Shown: positions 9,035 to 19,659 of the stretch, piece by piece
Layout of the letters: the number at the start of each line of letters is the position of its first letter
Position numbering within the stretch: the stretch's first letter is position 1
Assembly (NCBI GenBank): GCA_964495425.1
Contig: CAZBVG010000001.1
Span: 20,054 to 84,053, forward strand
Source of the DNA: an uncultured Candidatus Saccharibacteria bacterium
Lineage (GTDB): Bacteria > Patescibacteriota > Minisyncoccia > Phycocordibacterales > UBA6065
Reading direction: 5' to 3'
DNA length: 64,000 nt
The notes under the pieces: generated by a model
What the model was told of the DNA's origin: nothing
The model's input: the letters and a program-made list of their open reading frames with translations, nothing else
Database searches by the model: none
Translations under genes and position numbers: made by a program

Positions 9035-10486
9035 TTACTTCTCCAAATCAAGTACTTCATCAATACGAATCTGAGACACAAACTCTGGCACGTGAGAAAC
9101 AAGAATCATTGCACCTTCATATTCATCGAGAGCCTTAGCAATCACCGGAAGATGACGGAAATTTATATGGTTTGTTGGCTCATCGAGGATAAGGAGGCCT
9201 GGTTTTTGAAGCACAAGTCGTGCAAACGCCACGAGACCCTTCTGTCCTTCTGAGAGAGCACCAATTTTTGTGTCCATCATGTCTGCATGAATAAGAAATC
9301 CAGCTGCCGTAGCACGAATATGCTGCTCTATATGAGTCGCCGATGCTGAAAGAAGCGATTCATAAACAGTATCCTCAAAATTGAGTGTAGAAAAATCCTG
9401 TCGATAATATCCGACACGTATGCCTTCTGAAATAACCGCGCCGTCAGATTTACCTGAAGCAAGTTCCTCAAGAAGAGTTGATTTACCAATTCCGTTAGGA
9501 CCCTGGAGAAGCAGATGCTGTCTGCGCTTGAGTTTGATACTTGCTGTTCGTTTTACCGCCTTATGATTTTTAATTACCTTGTACGAAGAAATATGTAAAA
9601 TGACACCCGTAAAGTCCGGTTGAGATGGAATAGTAAATGGTTTAATTGTTTTATCCTCTTTTCGAACTTCAACTATTTCTTCCTCGAGTTCCTCCGCCTT
9701 TTCACGCATACGTTTTGCTACAAGTCGCATCTGACCACCTTTGTTAGCGAACGTGTTAGCCTGATCCTTCTTCGCTTGAATTTCTTTTGCCAAAAGAGCG
9801 TTGGCTCTATTTTCTTTTTCAACGCGCGCAGTAATATCTTTAAGCACATCAAGATAGTCACCAACATACTGTTCGATCTTTCGAGTATGAACGTCGAGGT
9901 ACAACACGCCGTCTGTAAATGAATTCAAAAATTCAGCATCGTGAGAAATAACAATCACCGTCTTTTTGTAATTTTTAAGAAAGTCAGTGAGATGTGCGAT
10001 GCCCGCTTTATCTAAATTGTTCGTTGGCTCATCGAGAAGCAAGATGTCTGGATCTTGAATAAGAGCTGAAGCCAAAAGCAGTCTCGCCTGCTGACCTCCC
10101 GAGAATGACTTTACAATACGATCCTTGGGTGCATGAAAATTAACCACCTCAAGTACCGCATCAATGCGGGGATCGATGTCGTAGACTTTTTCTTTAAAAC
10201 ACTTTTGGAAAAAATCTCGAACCGTAAGTTCAAGCTCCGGTCGTGGAATCACCTGTCGCGAAATGGCAATAGATAATCCGTTAGCGATATGTATCTTTCC
10301 TGATTCAGGTTTGAGGTGTTTAGTAATGAGCTGGAAGATTGTTGACTTGCCAGCACCGTTTTGACCCATGATCGTGATCTTAGAGCCTCGACGTATCGAA
10401 AAGTCCACCTCGTCGAGGATGGGCTTATTGTGTCCATATTCAAATGACACTTCGTCGAATCTTAAAACTACATCTGCACCTGCCAT
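9035..10486 (-). CDS. ABC-F family ATPase (EttA/Uup/YheS-like translation factor)
   Basis: Two ABC cassettes (Walker A GQNGAGKST and GPNGIGKST, signatures LSGGQQARL and LSEGQKGLV) joined by a charged linker. No TM domain. Confidence 0.85.
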   Translation of the reverse strand: MAGADVVLRFDEVSFEYGHNKPILDEVDFSIRRGSKITIMGQNGAGKSTIFQLITKHLKPESGKIHIANGLSIAISRQVIPRPELELTVRDFFQKCFKEKVYDIDPRIDAVLEVVNFHAPKDRIVKSFSGGQQARLLLASALIQDPDILLLDEPTNNLDKAGIAHLTDFLKNYKKTVIVISHDAEFLNSFTDGVLYLDVHTRKIEQYVGDYLDVLKDITARVEKENRANALLAKEIQAKKDQANTFANKGGQMRLVAKRMREKAEELEEEIVEVRKEDKTIKPFTIPSQPDFTGVILHISSYKVIKNHKAVKRTASIKLKRRQHLLLQGPNGIGKSTLLEELASGKSDGAVISEGIRVGYYRQDFSTLNFEDTVYESLLSASATHIEQHIRATAAGFLIHADMMDTKIGALSEGQKGLVAFARLVLQKPGLLILDEPTNHINFRHLPVIAKALDEYEGAMILVSHVPEFVSQIRIDEVLDLEK

Positions 10487-10504
10487 AAATTGTATGAAGA
10501 GATA

Positions 10505-11917
10505 TTATCTCACACCCTTTCGAAATACTCTTCGGTAACCGCCACCTAGTGACTTAGATTTTGAAACATCAGTCTTGAGTGGTCGTGCAAACTTGCCGCC
10601 ACCACCAAAGCTTTTGCGTGGAGCGCCTCCCTTGTACGGCTGATTCGTATGAACCTTGAATGCACCTGGAGGACCAAATCGTCGTGGGCCAAAACCTCGT
10701 CCGCCACCACCTCGTCCTCGATATCCGCCGCGGAATGATCGTGGACCTGTGCCTGAGCCCATTGCAGCACCTTCATGACTCTTGGTTGGGATTTCTTTTT
10801 TGATGAGGCGTTCGATATCCATAATTTCTCGCTTCTGATCAGGTGTAGCAAATGACACCGCTTTTCCTTCTTTGCCGGCGCGACCAGTTCGACCAATTCG
10901 GTGAACATAATCCGCGGTCTGCTCGGGAAGATCATAGTTAACAACAAGCTGAATATCCTTCACATCAATACCCCGAGCAGCGATATCTGTTGCCACGAGC
11001 ACCTGGAAGACATGTTTCTTGAAACCATCGAGAGCCTGTCGTCTCTGACCGAGAGATCGGTTTGAATGAATTTCTGTTGCGGTAATGCCGATCTTTTTAA
11101 GATCCTCAGAAATTTCACCTGCGGCGTGCTTGGTTCGAGTAAATACGAGCACAGGCTGACCTGGATGTTCACCAATGAGTTTCACAAGCAAATTAAATTT
11201 AGATTTTCGTTCTACAACGATAATTTCCTGATCAACATTTTTGTTTGCAGTACCCGCCGGAGCAACTTCTATTCGAAGTGGAAGCTGCATGTGCTCGACC
11301 GCAAGCTTTGCGATCGGTTCAGGCATAGTCGCTGAGAAAAGCATCGTCTGTCGAGTCTTTGGAACTTTCTTAACAATTTCTTTAATTTGCGGAGCAAAAC
11401 CGATATCAAACATGTGATCAGCTTCATCAAGCACGAGCATAGAAACACGATCAAGGGAAAGTGTTCCCTGCTTTAGGTGGTCAATAAGGCGTCCTGGAGT
11501 AGCAATCACCACGTTTGGACCACGTCGCAAATCACGAACCTGGCGACCCATAGAGTCACCACCGATAAGAACAGCAGTGTAAACTCCTACCGTCGAACCA
11601 ATTTTATTGATTGTCTCTGCAACCTGAAGCGCTAGCTCACGGGTAGGCAAAAGAATGAGACCGCGAGTCTTTGAGTCATTTATGATGTGTTCAATCATAG
11701 GAATACCGAACCCGAGCGTCTTACCCGTTCCGGTCTGAGCAATACCAATAATATCTTTTCCTTCAATACCAGCTGGAATCACTTTCGACTGAATTGGTGT
11801 AGGTGTGACAAAACCGTTCTTATCTAAAATAGATAGAACTCGTTCGCTGATATTTAAATCTTTAAATGAAGAAATAGCCTCATGAGAAGCGATTTCCGCT
11901 GTTTTTGTTGATGTCAT
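10505..11917 (-). CDS. DEAD-box ATP-dependent RNA helicase with Gly/Arg-rich C-terminal tail
   Basis: Q-motif (TPTPIQ), Walker A AQTGTGKT, DEAD box (VLDEAD), SAT and HRIGRTGR motifs. RGG-rich tail. Confidence 0.9.
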   Translation of the reverse strand: MTSTKTAEIASHEAISSFKDLNISERVLSILDKNGFVTPTPIQSKVIPAGIEGKDIIGIAQTGTGKTLGFGIPMIEHIINDSKTRGLILLPTRELALQVAETINKIGSTVGVYTAVLIGGDSMGRQVRDLRRGPNVVIATPGRLIDHLKQGTLSLDRVSMLVLDEADHMFDIGFAPQIKEIVKKVPKTRQTMLFSATMPEPIAKLAVEHMQLPLRIEVAPAGTANKNVDQEIIVVERKSKFNLLVKLIGEHPGQPVLVFTRTKHAAGEISEDLKKIGITATEIHSNRSLGQRRQALDGFKKHVFQVLVATDIAARGIDVKDIQLVVNYDLPEQTADYVHRIGRTGRAGKEGKAVSFATPDQKREIMDIERLIKKEIPTKSHEGAAMGSGTGPRSFRGGYRGRGGGGRGFGPRRFGPPGAFKVHTNQPYKGGAPRKSFGGGGKFARPLKTDVSKSKSLGGGYRRVFRKGVR

Positions 11918-12119
11918 ATATTGATGTGACCCGAGTCTTTAGGTCACATACATGACAAGATTCAGAGCACGTTTTCTCCTAGTAATGAGGAGAAGTTAGT
12001 TGTGCATGGATAATAGCAGGTTTTAGATCGAATGTCAAAGATAGAAACTTATCCCCTTTTAACCAGTAATTCACATCAAATTTAGCCTTTCTTTATCTCC
12101 ATTCTGCTATTCTGAAGAC

Positions 12120-12665
12120 ATGACACGGTTTGGGAAAAATATAGTCTGGATTTGCGTCGCTTTGGTAGCGATTGGGTTTTCGTTTGTGTTATACCCGAGA
12201 AAAACGATAGAAAAGCCGCTACCTTCGCTCAATACAGACACAATGATCATCCCACCCTTTCCAATTGTTGAGACCTACGACAATTCAGTTGTGCCCAAGG
12301 AACCAGAAGTCGTTTACACACCATACACAGTGACAGGATATTATACGCAATATGATCGTATAAATATATATGATGGTGAATTTTATGGCACAAGTACCTG
12401 CGATGCATTTATTGCCACAAAAAATGATAATCCGCTTACAGAATATCTGGCTGGCTTAATTCGTGGTCAAAATACCATAAACTCATTTACCAAAGAGGGT
12501 TATATCCGAATAAATATCAATCTTACCGACCTCAGCGATGCGATTCGAAAAAAAATAACTAATTCGTCAGCAACAAATACAATTAAAATTGTAATGTCTG
12601 AAAGAACTACAGAAGGCAAAGACGGTATTCCTTGTGGGTCGTTCGTCAAAATACTTGAAAAATAA
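12120..12665 (+). CDS. hypothetical membrane-anchored protein
   Basis: 181-aa ORF with an N-terminal TM helix. Followed by a strong terminator. Confidence 0.5.
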   Translation: MTRFGKNIVWICVALVAIGFSFVLYPRKTIEKPLPSLNTDTMIIPPFPIVETYDNSVVPKEPEVVYTPYTVTGYYTQYDRINIYDGEFYGTSTCDAFIATKNDNPLTEYLAGLIRGQNTINSFTKEGYIRININLTDLSDAIRKKITNSSATNTIKIVMSERTTEGKDGIPCGSFVKILEK

Positions 12666-12666
12666 A

Positions 12667-12697
12667 AGTTGTTCCTTTCGGAACAACTTGTTTGTTT
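12667..12697. terminator. bidirectional rho-independent terminator (AGTTGTTCC-tttc-GGAACAACT + TTGTTTGTTT)
   Basis: 9-bp perfect stem with a T-rich tail. An A-run sits on the other side, serving the convergent M23 gene. Confidence 0.8.
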
Positions 12698-13844
12698 AGG
12701 GAGTATTAGTCGAAGTGTAGTACGAGTTAATAGTCCTATTGCCTGCCGCATCGATCTCTGTTTGAAAATTCTTCATCGTCCAACCCTCGAGCTTTACGAA
12801 TGAGAGTTCATTCACAGAAGATGCACCAGATCCGTTATAACGAACACCGAAGTGAAGATGCACCGCCTTATTCAACACCTCACCGGTATTTCCCATATAC
12901 CCAAGTAACTGTCCCTGAGCGACGTGCTGCCCGACATTTACAATCGGTAAACTCTGGAAATGCAGATACCGAGTCGTAAACCCTGTATTTTCATTCCCAT
13001 CATAATCATGATCAATAACAACATGATTGCCGTTGAACTGATTATACGTAGCAGTAGTAACTCTTCCTGCTGCGGCTGCATAAATCGGAATCGGCCCATA
13101 GTATTCCGGGATACTTTTTGTTGAGAAATCGAGGGAAAAATAATTTATCCCCGAATGGGAACTCAAAATCTGTCCCGGATTTTGGGCGTCACCACTACCG
13201 ATTTCGGTTGTCACCATCCATTTTCTATTACCCGGTAGAGGTAGTTTGAAATTGGGCGGTGTAACTGTTTCATCATATGTGATCTGCAAATACGGCCGAT
13301 AACCTTTTGTCTCATAATCTGAGCTCAAAAAAGTATTGAACCGATTATTAGTCGCCGTAGGAAGAAACATCAAACCTTGATTGGTTGAAGGATTTGCTTT
13401 CCAGGCGTTATAAACCGAGGTAATGACGGTTCCTTGCCACATGTAGTTTGAAGGAGCCGGCATCGTACCGAGTGAATATCCTGTCCATGTGGTGTTTTTC
13501 CAGCCAGAATTTTCGTCCCAGTTGTTCGTAAGACGCCAAACACTCATTGGCACAGTCGTCGAGCCGTCATTTGCAGGATATGGATACATGGCCAAAACAA
13601 CCTGCGTAGCATTCTGCGGCAAGCCTTCAAGATCAAACTTGATCGCGGAATTGTATTGATCGCCCCAACCACCGACACGCAAACGACCATCATTTACACC
13701 ATAATCATCGTTATAGCTATAGTAATTGGTGATCCAGACATCCTTTCCCTTGAAAGGACTCGGTTGATAGAAAAGCGTTGCGGCAAAAGACTGCAACGCT
13801 GACACTACAAAGGCCAAAAACAGCCTGAGATACTGAGCATTCAT
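12696..13844 (-). CDS. secreted M23 family (LytM-type) metallopeptidase with large N-terminal domain
   Basis: Signal peptide. HVVIDHDYDG (HxxxD) and HLHFGV (HxH) zinc-ligand motifs of M23. Confidence 0.8.
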   Translation of the reverse strand: MNAQYLRLFLAFVVSALQSFAATLFYQPSPFKGKDVWITNYYSYNDDYGVNDGRLRVGGWGDQYNSAIKFDLEGLPQNATQVVLAMYPYPANDGSTTVPMSVWRLTNNWDENSGWKNTTWTGYSLGTMPAPSNYMWQGTVITSVYNAWKANPSTNQGLMFLPTATNNRFNTFLSSDYETKGYRPYLQITYDETVTPPNFKLPLPGNRKWMVTTEIGSGDAQNPGQILSSHSGINYFSLDFSTKSIPEYYGPIPIYAAAAGRVTTATYNQFNGNHVVIDHDYDGNENTGFTTRYLHFQSLPIVNVGQHVAQGQLLGYMGNTGEVLNKAVHLHFGVRYNGSGASSVNELSFVKLEGWTMKNFQTEIDAAGNRTINSYYTSTNTP

Positions 13845-13977
13845 ATGTTTGTTGTAAAGAACAAGGCGGAATTGCCTGTCCGCAACCAGAATAAAAAATG
13901 CGTCTAAAGAAATTTAAAAGAAAAGCTGAAGAAAAAATAAAAAACACCGTTGTGAGACGGTGTTTTCAAGTGGTCAA

Positions 13978-14580
13978 TTACAATGTTCCCTCAAATGGAT
14001 TTTCTGTACACACTTTTTGCAAATATGTTGTTCCATTATCTTCCGTAAGCTCATAGTATTCACGCGGGAGTCGTGACCACGTCATCGCAATTTCAAGTGG
14101 CGTCATATCAGTTTCATCAAATTTTGGAAAACTCTCCTTTGGATTCGTAATCAAGATTCGATTGTTTGGATAATACTTGATCCCCATCTCTGTAATAAGA
14201 CCAAAAGAAATCACATCGCCTGACTTTACATCAACGACGGCATGCTCCTGACATCCTGAACCACACCCCCATGTAGCAACCGTGTAATGTCCTGCAAAAT
14301 TTGGTCCTTGCGCAACTGCTTCGGTAATTTTTGTCCGAAACATCCGCGCGTCAGGAAAATTGCCATCAAACCTTACTGGTGCACGAGGCCCATCATAAAT
14401 CGTAGATACATCATACGAGGTATGAAGCACATTCATTCTCTCAAAAAGAACCTTCTCGCATGTTGTAAGCGTATTTGTGGTAACAGGTATCTCCTTGTCC
14501 TGAATCAAATACACAATGCCGAATATAATAAGAAACGGTACGAGTATCGCAAAAGTCTGGGAAAGGGTTTTATTTTTCAC
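13978..14580 (-). CDS. hypothetical membrane-anchored protein
   Basis: 200-aa ORF with an N-terminal TM helix and a Cys-rich patch (WGCGSGCQEH). Confidence 0.5.
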   Translation of the reverse strand: MKNKTLSQTFAILVPFLIIFGIVYLIQDKEIPVTTNTLTTCEKVLFERMNVLHTSYDVSTIYDGPRAPVRFDGNFPDARMFRTKITEAVAQGPNFAGHYTVATWGCGSGCQEHAVVDVKSGDVISFGLITEMGIKYYPNNRILITNPKESFPKFDETDMTPLEIAMTWSRLPREYYELTEDNGTTYLQKVCTENPFEGTL

Positions 14581-14589
14581 ACAGAGATT

Positions 14590-16257
14590 CTACTTTTCTT
14601 TTCCCACTGGGGCAAATCCCAATATTGCCCGCGCCAAACGTATGTGTAAAAAAGAAACATTGGCACCCACCTTACTTTTAATGGGTGAAAGCATAATTTC
14701 ATCTGAATCTTCAGACAATTCTTTAATCGCCTTTTCGATTTTTTTCCAGTGTGTTGGACTCATCTCAAACTTTAGATACCCGATATCAATAGGCACATGC
14801 ATCTCAAGGAGCTTTTCTATATGAGACACAATAGTTTCTGTGGTAACCCCTCTCTCTTTAGCCATTTCATTCAAACTTTTCTTTTCTTCTATAAGCTCCC
14901 GAGTTTCATCAAATGTCGAAAGTTTCTTTTCGCGCGGAAGCGGTTTTATGAGCTTGAGAAATTCCTCCTGCTCTTTTTTGAGATCTTTCGGCTTGGTTTC
15001 CTCCAAATCGGACTCCGCCTCAGCCGACAGTGTCTGAAGTTCTGCATCAAATTCAAGCACCTCATTATGAACAGAAAGCGCCTTTTCATTTATTCCTAAA
15101 ATCGTAAGTCCATCGAGTGTCCGCACGCGAGAGAGCGCCACATACCCCATCCCTGGCTCAAAAGATTTTGAAAGATCGACTTCAACAGCATCAAGCGACA
15201 TTCCCTGACTTTTATGGACCGTAATCGCCCAGGCTAATCGCAAAGGATACTGCGATAGTTCCGCTTTAACCTTACCTTCCTCTTCAATTTTCCAAGACGC
15301 CCGCTCAATTTTTATAACTTTGCCTGTCGCGGTGCGAATTACCGGATCTTGATTTTCTTTGCATGAAATAACTATGCCAAGCGTGCCGTTTACATACCCC
15401 TCATCAAAATTATTTTTTACACACATTACCCGAGCACCAACCTTAAGTCGCAACACCTCCGGCGCCAAACAAGATTTTTTAAGCGTGGCAACGAGCGGCT
15501 CTCGCCCTTTCGTATCCATGTAATAATCCGTCTCTTCATCGCTTTTGAGATTATTAAGTTCCGTCTCGTTGAGTGAATCAACATCTGCGTTATGCGTAAA
15601 TAGCCTCGTTGGCTCGAAATCTGTTGTCCGAATGTTATAACGGGACTGAAGCAAATCACGAGTCCCGTCGGAAACATCTCCCTTTCTGATTTCATTTAAT
15701 ATCGAAAGTACTGAATCGTCTTTTTGGCGATGTTGTTCAGATAAATAACAGATTGTGAACCGCGCCTCCTTCCATGATTCCGAGTTGTAAATAAAATGGG
15801 TTTCTGGTTCACCTAGTCTCGATACAGGAGGTAGTTGGAAAAAATCTCCACACAAAACCACCTGTACTCCACCAAATGGTTTTGCATTGCCCTTCATATG
15901 TTGAAGAACCTTATTTACCAAATCAAATCTAAAGTGATGAAGCATAGAAACTTCATCGATAATTAAAACCTTCACCCGGTCGAATCGCTTGGTGAGATAT
16001 GTTTTCTCAAACATCGATTCAAGATCTCCCTGTGTAAGAGATGCAGCGATCCCTATTCCCGCCCACGAATGAATTGTCATACCACTCATATGAGTCGCAG
16101 CGATTCCCGTAGACGCAGTAATACCCACATCAATATGATGTTCGCTCAGATATTTGATGTATGTATTAACTAAATGAGTTTTACCAGAACCTGCAGGTCC
16201 CGTCACAAAGACATTCCTTCCCGTTTTTAGTATTTCGAGCGCCTGTTTCTGGGTCAT
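14590..16257 (-). CDS. PIF1/RecD-like ATP-dependent DNA helicase with C-terminal HTH-like extension
   Basis: Walker A GPAGSGKT, LIIDEVSM (Walker B), and the downstream PIF1 family blocks (VLCGDFFQLPPV, ITVHKSQG). Confidence 0.85.
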   Translation of the reverse strand: MTQKQALEILKTGRNVFVTGPAGSGKTHLVNTYIKYLSEHHIDVGITASTGIAATHMSGMTIHSWAGIGIAASLTQGDLESMFEKTYLTKRFDRVKVLIIDEVSMLHHFRFDLVNKVLQHMKGNAKPFGGVQVVLCGDFFQLPPVSRLGEPETHFIYNSESWKEARFTICYLSEQHRQKDDSVLSILNEIRKGDVSDGTRDLLQSRYNIRTTDFEPTRLFTHNADVDSLNETELNNLKSDEETDYYMDTKGREPLVATLKKSCLAPEVLRLKVGARVMCVKNNFDEGYVNGTLGIVISCKENQDPVIRTATGKVIKIERASWKIEEEGKVKAELSQYPLRLAWAITVHKSQGMSLDAVEVDLSKSFEPGMGYVALSRVRTLDGLTILGINEKALSVHNEVLEFDAELQTLSAEAESDLEETKPKDLKKEQEEFLKLIKPLPREKKLSTFDETRELIEEKKSLNEMAKERGVTTETIVSHIEKLLEMHVPIDIGYLKFEMSPTHWKKIEKAIKELSEDSDEIMLSPIKSKVGANVSFLHIRLARAILGFAPVGKEK

Positions 16258-16314
16258 AAGTCACCAGATTCTATCACGCCAAAGATAAAATTATTTTGAA
16301 ACCCACTTCACCAA

Positions 16315-16803
16315 CTAAGCTTCATCGTATGCCTTCTTAAGTTTTGCTACATCAAGCTTACTCATTTCAAGCATTGCTTTCATGGCAGCTCTACTTTTTT
16401 TAGTATCATTACCATTAAGGAGCTCGTTTAAAATCGATGGGACCACCTGCCAAGACACACCGAATTTATCTTTAAGCCAACCACACTGACTTGGTTCTCC
16501 CCCTCCCGCAATGAGATTATCCCAGAAATAGTCAACCTCTTTTTGATCTTTACAATCAATCATAAAAGAAATCGACTCATTAAATTTAAAAAGTGGACCG
16601 CCGTTGAGAGCGAGAAATTCCCTTCCTTCGATTTCAAATAACACAGTCATAACCTGCCCCTTCTTTTGACCAGAAACAGCCGCGCTGCTCTCATCATAAG
16701 TTGTCGTCGCTTTTATTTTTGAATTCTTAAAGAGCGATGTGTAGAACTTCGCAGCTTCCTCTGCCTTACCATCAAACCACAGACATGTAGATATTTTTTG
16801 CAT
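16315..16803 (-). CDS. VOC family protein (PhnB/3-demethylubiquinone-methyltransferase-domain-like)
   Basis: CLWFDGKAEEAAKFY...VLFEIEGREFLALNGGP is typical of PhnB-like VOC proteins. Start set at the internal ATG (MQKIST) to avoid overlap with the upstream gene. Confidence 0.7.
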   Translation of the reverse strand: MQKISTCLWFDGKAEEAAKFYTSLFKNSKIKATTTYDESSAAVSGQKKGQVMTVLFEIEGREFLALNGGPLFKFNESISFMIDCKDQKEVDYFWDNLIAGGGEPSQCGWLKDKFGVSWQVVPSILNELLNGNDTKKSRAAMKAMLEMSKLDVAKLKKAYDEA

Positions 16804-16807
16804 AGAT

Positions 16808-17224
16808 TTATTGGGATTCAACATACTTTTTAAACGCATTCAAAATAGATTGCCAGCCCTGTCTCTGCATTTCAACCGGATTTTCATTTTCAGTTTCAAA
16901 TGTCACCGTAACCTGTGTATTCTTACCGCTTTTTTCAAAAGAAACCTCAACCGTACGCCCATCACTTATCGTGTAGGCAAGAAACTCATCTTTGACAACT
17001 TCATCAAAGGTTCCGCTAAAATCAAACCCTTGTGAACCATCACGAGATTCCATACGATACGTAAACTTTCCTCCTGGCCGTACGTCATTTTCAGCCTTCG
17101 GTGTATGCCAATCATCAGACGCACTATTCCACACCATAATATCTTTTGGTGTGTTATATGCGTTCCAGACTTTATGCACCGGCGCATGAATTAAGGCTTC
17201 AATTGTTATTGTATTCTGTGGCAT
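16808..17224 (-). CDS. SRPBCC family protein (AHSA1/activator-of-Hsp90-ATPase-like)
   Basis: 138-aa protein with an AHSA1-like pattern (KVWNAYTxPKDIxxWN). Confidence 0.7.
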   Translation of the reverse strand: MPQNTITIEALIHAPVHKVWNAYNTPKDIMVWNSASDDWHTPKAENDVRPGGKFTYRMESRDGSQGFDFSGTFDEVVKDEFLAYTISDGRTVEVSFEKSGKNTQVTVTFETENENPVEMQRQGWQSILNAFKKYVESQ

Positions 17225-17258
17225 ATGAGATATTACGATATGAAATACATAATGGTTC

Positions 17259-17627
17259 TTACTTCTTTTTTACCTGACGCTTCTCCTCGATCCGATATGT
17301 AATGACCTTCTTAAGTAAATCCAACGGCACCTGTTCACTGAGAGGAATTTTAATTGTACTTTTACCCGATTTATAATCAGCGAGCTCCTTACTAAACTTC
17401 ACAAGCGTCGCAGGATACGGATATACACCAATATGATTGGCATAACCAGCAAAATATAAAAGTATTCCGTTTAATTTAAATGCCGGCATGTTGTAACTGA
17501 TAACCTCCTGAGCCTCGGGAGCAAGCGTGCGCACAAGCTTCCGAATCGCCTGCAATTTTTGAGCAGTCTTCTTTGGAAAGGATGCAATATATTCTTCAAT
17601 TGTTGTAAAGCGTTTTGATGACTTCAT
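17259..17627 (-). CDS. DUF1801 (YdhG-like) domain protein
   Basis: 122 aa. The IEEYIASFPKKTAQKLQAIRKLVRTLAPEAQEVISYNMPAF pattern is typical of DUF1801. Confidence 0.7.
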   Translation of the reverse strand: MKSSKRFTTIEEYIASFPKKTAQKLQAIRKLVRTLAPEAQEVISYNMPAFKLNGILLYFAGYANHIGVYPYPATLVKFSKELADYKSGKSTIKIPLSEQVPLDLLKKVITYRIEEKRQVKKK

Positions 17628-17632
17628 ACCAT

Positions 17633-18037
17633 TTACATATGTGAAATTTCTTCTGCCTGCCTTTTAAGAAATAACTTCCCTCCCAACCACACCGATGGAT
17701 ACGCTAGGACGGCGAGTGCAATCGGATACCAGTGTGCGGAAAGATTCCACCCAACTACAACACCAGCGACTCCCGCAACAGTTCCGATAAGTCCGAGCAC
17801 ATTCACATGTATAGATGGATTCGACGGAGATATTTTTGCGGTCACATATCCACCAACTACTGTATAGAGGGTTCTATATACTAAAGCGAGCACAAGCATC
17901 CAGGGTACAAAAAGCCCTTGATCTGTCGGAGGTGGAAACACACCGACGGCTTCTAATATCCAATCCGTACCCATCGACAAAACTACTACTGTTAAAAAAC
18001 CTAGAAGAACCGCTCCGATGCTTTTTATAATTTGCAT
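17633..18037 (-). CDS. hypothetical integral membrane protein (4 TM)
   Basis: 134-aa hydrophobic ORF. Confidence 0.5.
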   Translation of the reverse strand: MQIIKSIGAVLLGFLTVVVLSMGTDWILEAVGVFPPPTDQGLFVPWMLVLALVYRTLYTVVGGYVTAKISPSNPSIHVNVLGLIGTVAGVAGVVVGWNLSAHWYPIALAVLAYPSVWLGGKLFLKRQAEEISHM

Positions 18038-18051
18038 CGCTCTATTATAAA

Positions 18052-19170
18052 TTATGCAAAGGTAATAACCACAATCTCACAAACCGTACCAACCCGAATT
18101 GGCGGACCCCATGTTCCTGCCCCGCTCGAAGTGTAAACATACATATCGTGTGATTTGTTAAGCCCATACCCAAATCCTTTATACGCCCAATTAGCAATGA
18201 GACCAAAAGGCCACATCTGCCCTTCATGTGTATGTCCAGAAAGCTGAAACGAAATACCGGCATCTCGAGCCACATCCACATCTTTTGGTTCATGTTTTAA
18301 AAGAATTGACGGCATAGCCGATTGTAATGACATCGATGCCAAAATTTCTCGAAATGCATTTTTATCTGATGAAGTAGAGTAATCAACGCCGATAATTTGC
18401 ATGCCTTCTATTTCAATTTTTTCATCAAGAAGCACTCTGATACGCGCGTCACGCACAGCAACAATAAATGAAGCAGTGTCTCCGTATTCTTCATGATTTC
18501 CGGTTATATAATATGTACCCAGTTTTCCTTGTATCCCTCCAAATATATTCGCAAGTTCCTTGATATCGTGAGCTTCGGCTCCATCAAAAAGATCACCTCC
18601 AATGAATGCAATATCATGCGAGATGCTATTTATTGTACGTACGATCGTACGTGCATATGATGGACCATATATCTGACCAAGATGCACATCACTTACCCAA
18701 ATCGCTTTACGCCCTTTCCAAGCAGATGGTATGTGGGGCAAAGTAACAGATACTTCTGTAACTCGTATGTCTTTTGCATGGAAAATTCCATAGAAACCCA
18801 CCACAATAGACACGACCGCAAGCACCACACCGACTATGTGAGCGAAATCAACATGTATTAAAGCAATAAGTCCATAAGCAGCTGAACTGAAAAATAAATA
18901 GCCCAGGAGACCAAGCCAAACTGAAGACACATAATAGAATACTCGCGTTGCACTGTTATAGAATTTTCTTCCAACAATCATTGCGATAATAAAACTGAGT
19001 GACAAAAGACCAAGAATAGATCCGCACCACATTGCACCAGCCGTTGAATCGATAGCGAGTATTCCAAGAAAGGCATTGTATACAACCAGATTTGCAATAC
19101 CTAAAAATACCACCACTATTCCTATAAATAGCAGCCCTTCCACCAATCCTCTTGATGTGGTTTTTTTCAT
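18052..19170 (-). CDS. membrane-anchored calcineurin-like metallophosphoesterase
   Basis: Four N-terminal TM helices followed by MPE motifs: DVHLG, GGDLFD, GNHE and GHTH. Confidence 0.8.
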   Translation of the reverse strand: MKKTTSRGLVEGLLFIGIVVVFLGIANLVVYNAFLGILAIDSTAGAMWCGSILGLLSLSFIIAMIVGRKFYNSATRVFYYVSSVWLGLLGYLFFSSAAYGLIALIHVDFAHIVGVVLAVVSIVVGFYGIFHAKDIRVTEVSVTLPHIPSAWKGRKAIWVSDVHLGQIYGPSYARTIVRTINSISHDIAFIGGDLFDGAEAHDIKELANIFGGIQGKLGTYYITGNHEEYGDTASFIVAVRDARIRVLLDEKIEIEGMQIIGVDYSTSSDKNAFREILASMSLQSAMPSILLKHEPKDVDVARDAGISFQLSGHTHEGQMWPFGLIANWAYKGFGYGLNKSHDMYVYTSSGAGTWGPPIRVGTVCEIVVITFA

Positions 19171-19188
19171 AGCGAAATAGTTGTAACT

Positions 19189-19635
19189 TTATTTTTCAAG
19201 CATTCGCTTGAGTTCACATATAACTGCTTTTTCCCAAAATTTCATTGAATACCATGTAATCAGAGGCGTCGCTACGAGACGAAGCCACTTTTTATGGATA
19301 GAGACTTGGTAGGTATAACTAATCAAAGTCCCCTCTGGATGTTCAGAAAGCAGTAGTTCTTCATGTCCAGAAGTTCCGAATTGATAACTATCATTATCCG
19401 AAATGAATCCTTTATGAGGAAGAATTTCGGTTTTCATCTTCACTTTAAAGTTTCTACCGAGTGACCTTACCGTTGCTTCCATCTCTAACTTATTTCCCTC
19501 CCGCTTACTAACCACAACCCGCTGAGCTACTTTTGGAAAATACTCAGGAAGTCGCTCAAAATCAGTCATTATACGAAACACACTTTCGACAGGCGCTTTG
19601 ATGATCCACTGTTTATAAAGTGTTATTTCTTTCAT
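19189..19635 (-). CDS. SRPBCC (START/polyketide-cyclase-like) family protein
   Basis: 148 aa with the KAPVESVFRIMTDFERLPEYFPKV pattern. Confidence 0.65.
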   Translation of the reverse strand: MKEITLYKQWIIKAPVESVFRIMTDFERLPEYFPKVAQRVVVSKREGNKLEMEATVRSLGRNFKVKMKTEILPHKGFISDNDSYQFGTSGHEELLLSEHPEGTLISYTYQVSIHKKWLRLVATPLITWYSMKFWEKAVICELKRMLEK

Positions 19636-19659
19636 TGCTCTTAGATGGCGTTAGAACTT

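Noticed and set aside
10546-10947. 133-aa minus ORF
   Set aside because: Alternate frame within the DEAD-box helicase gene.
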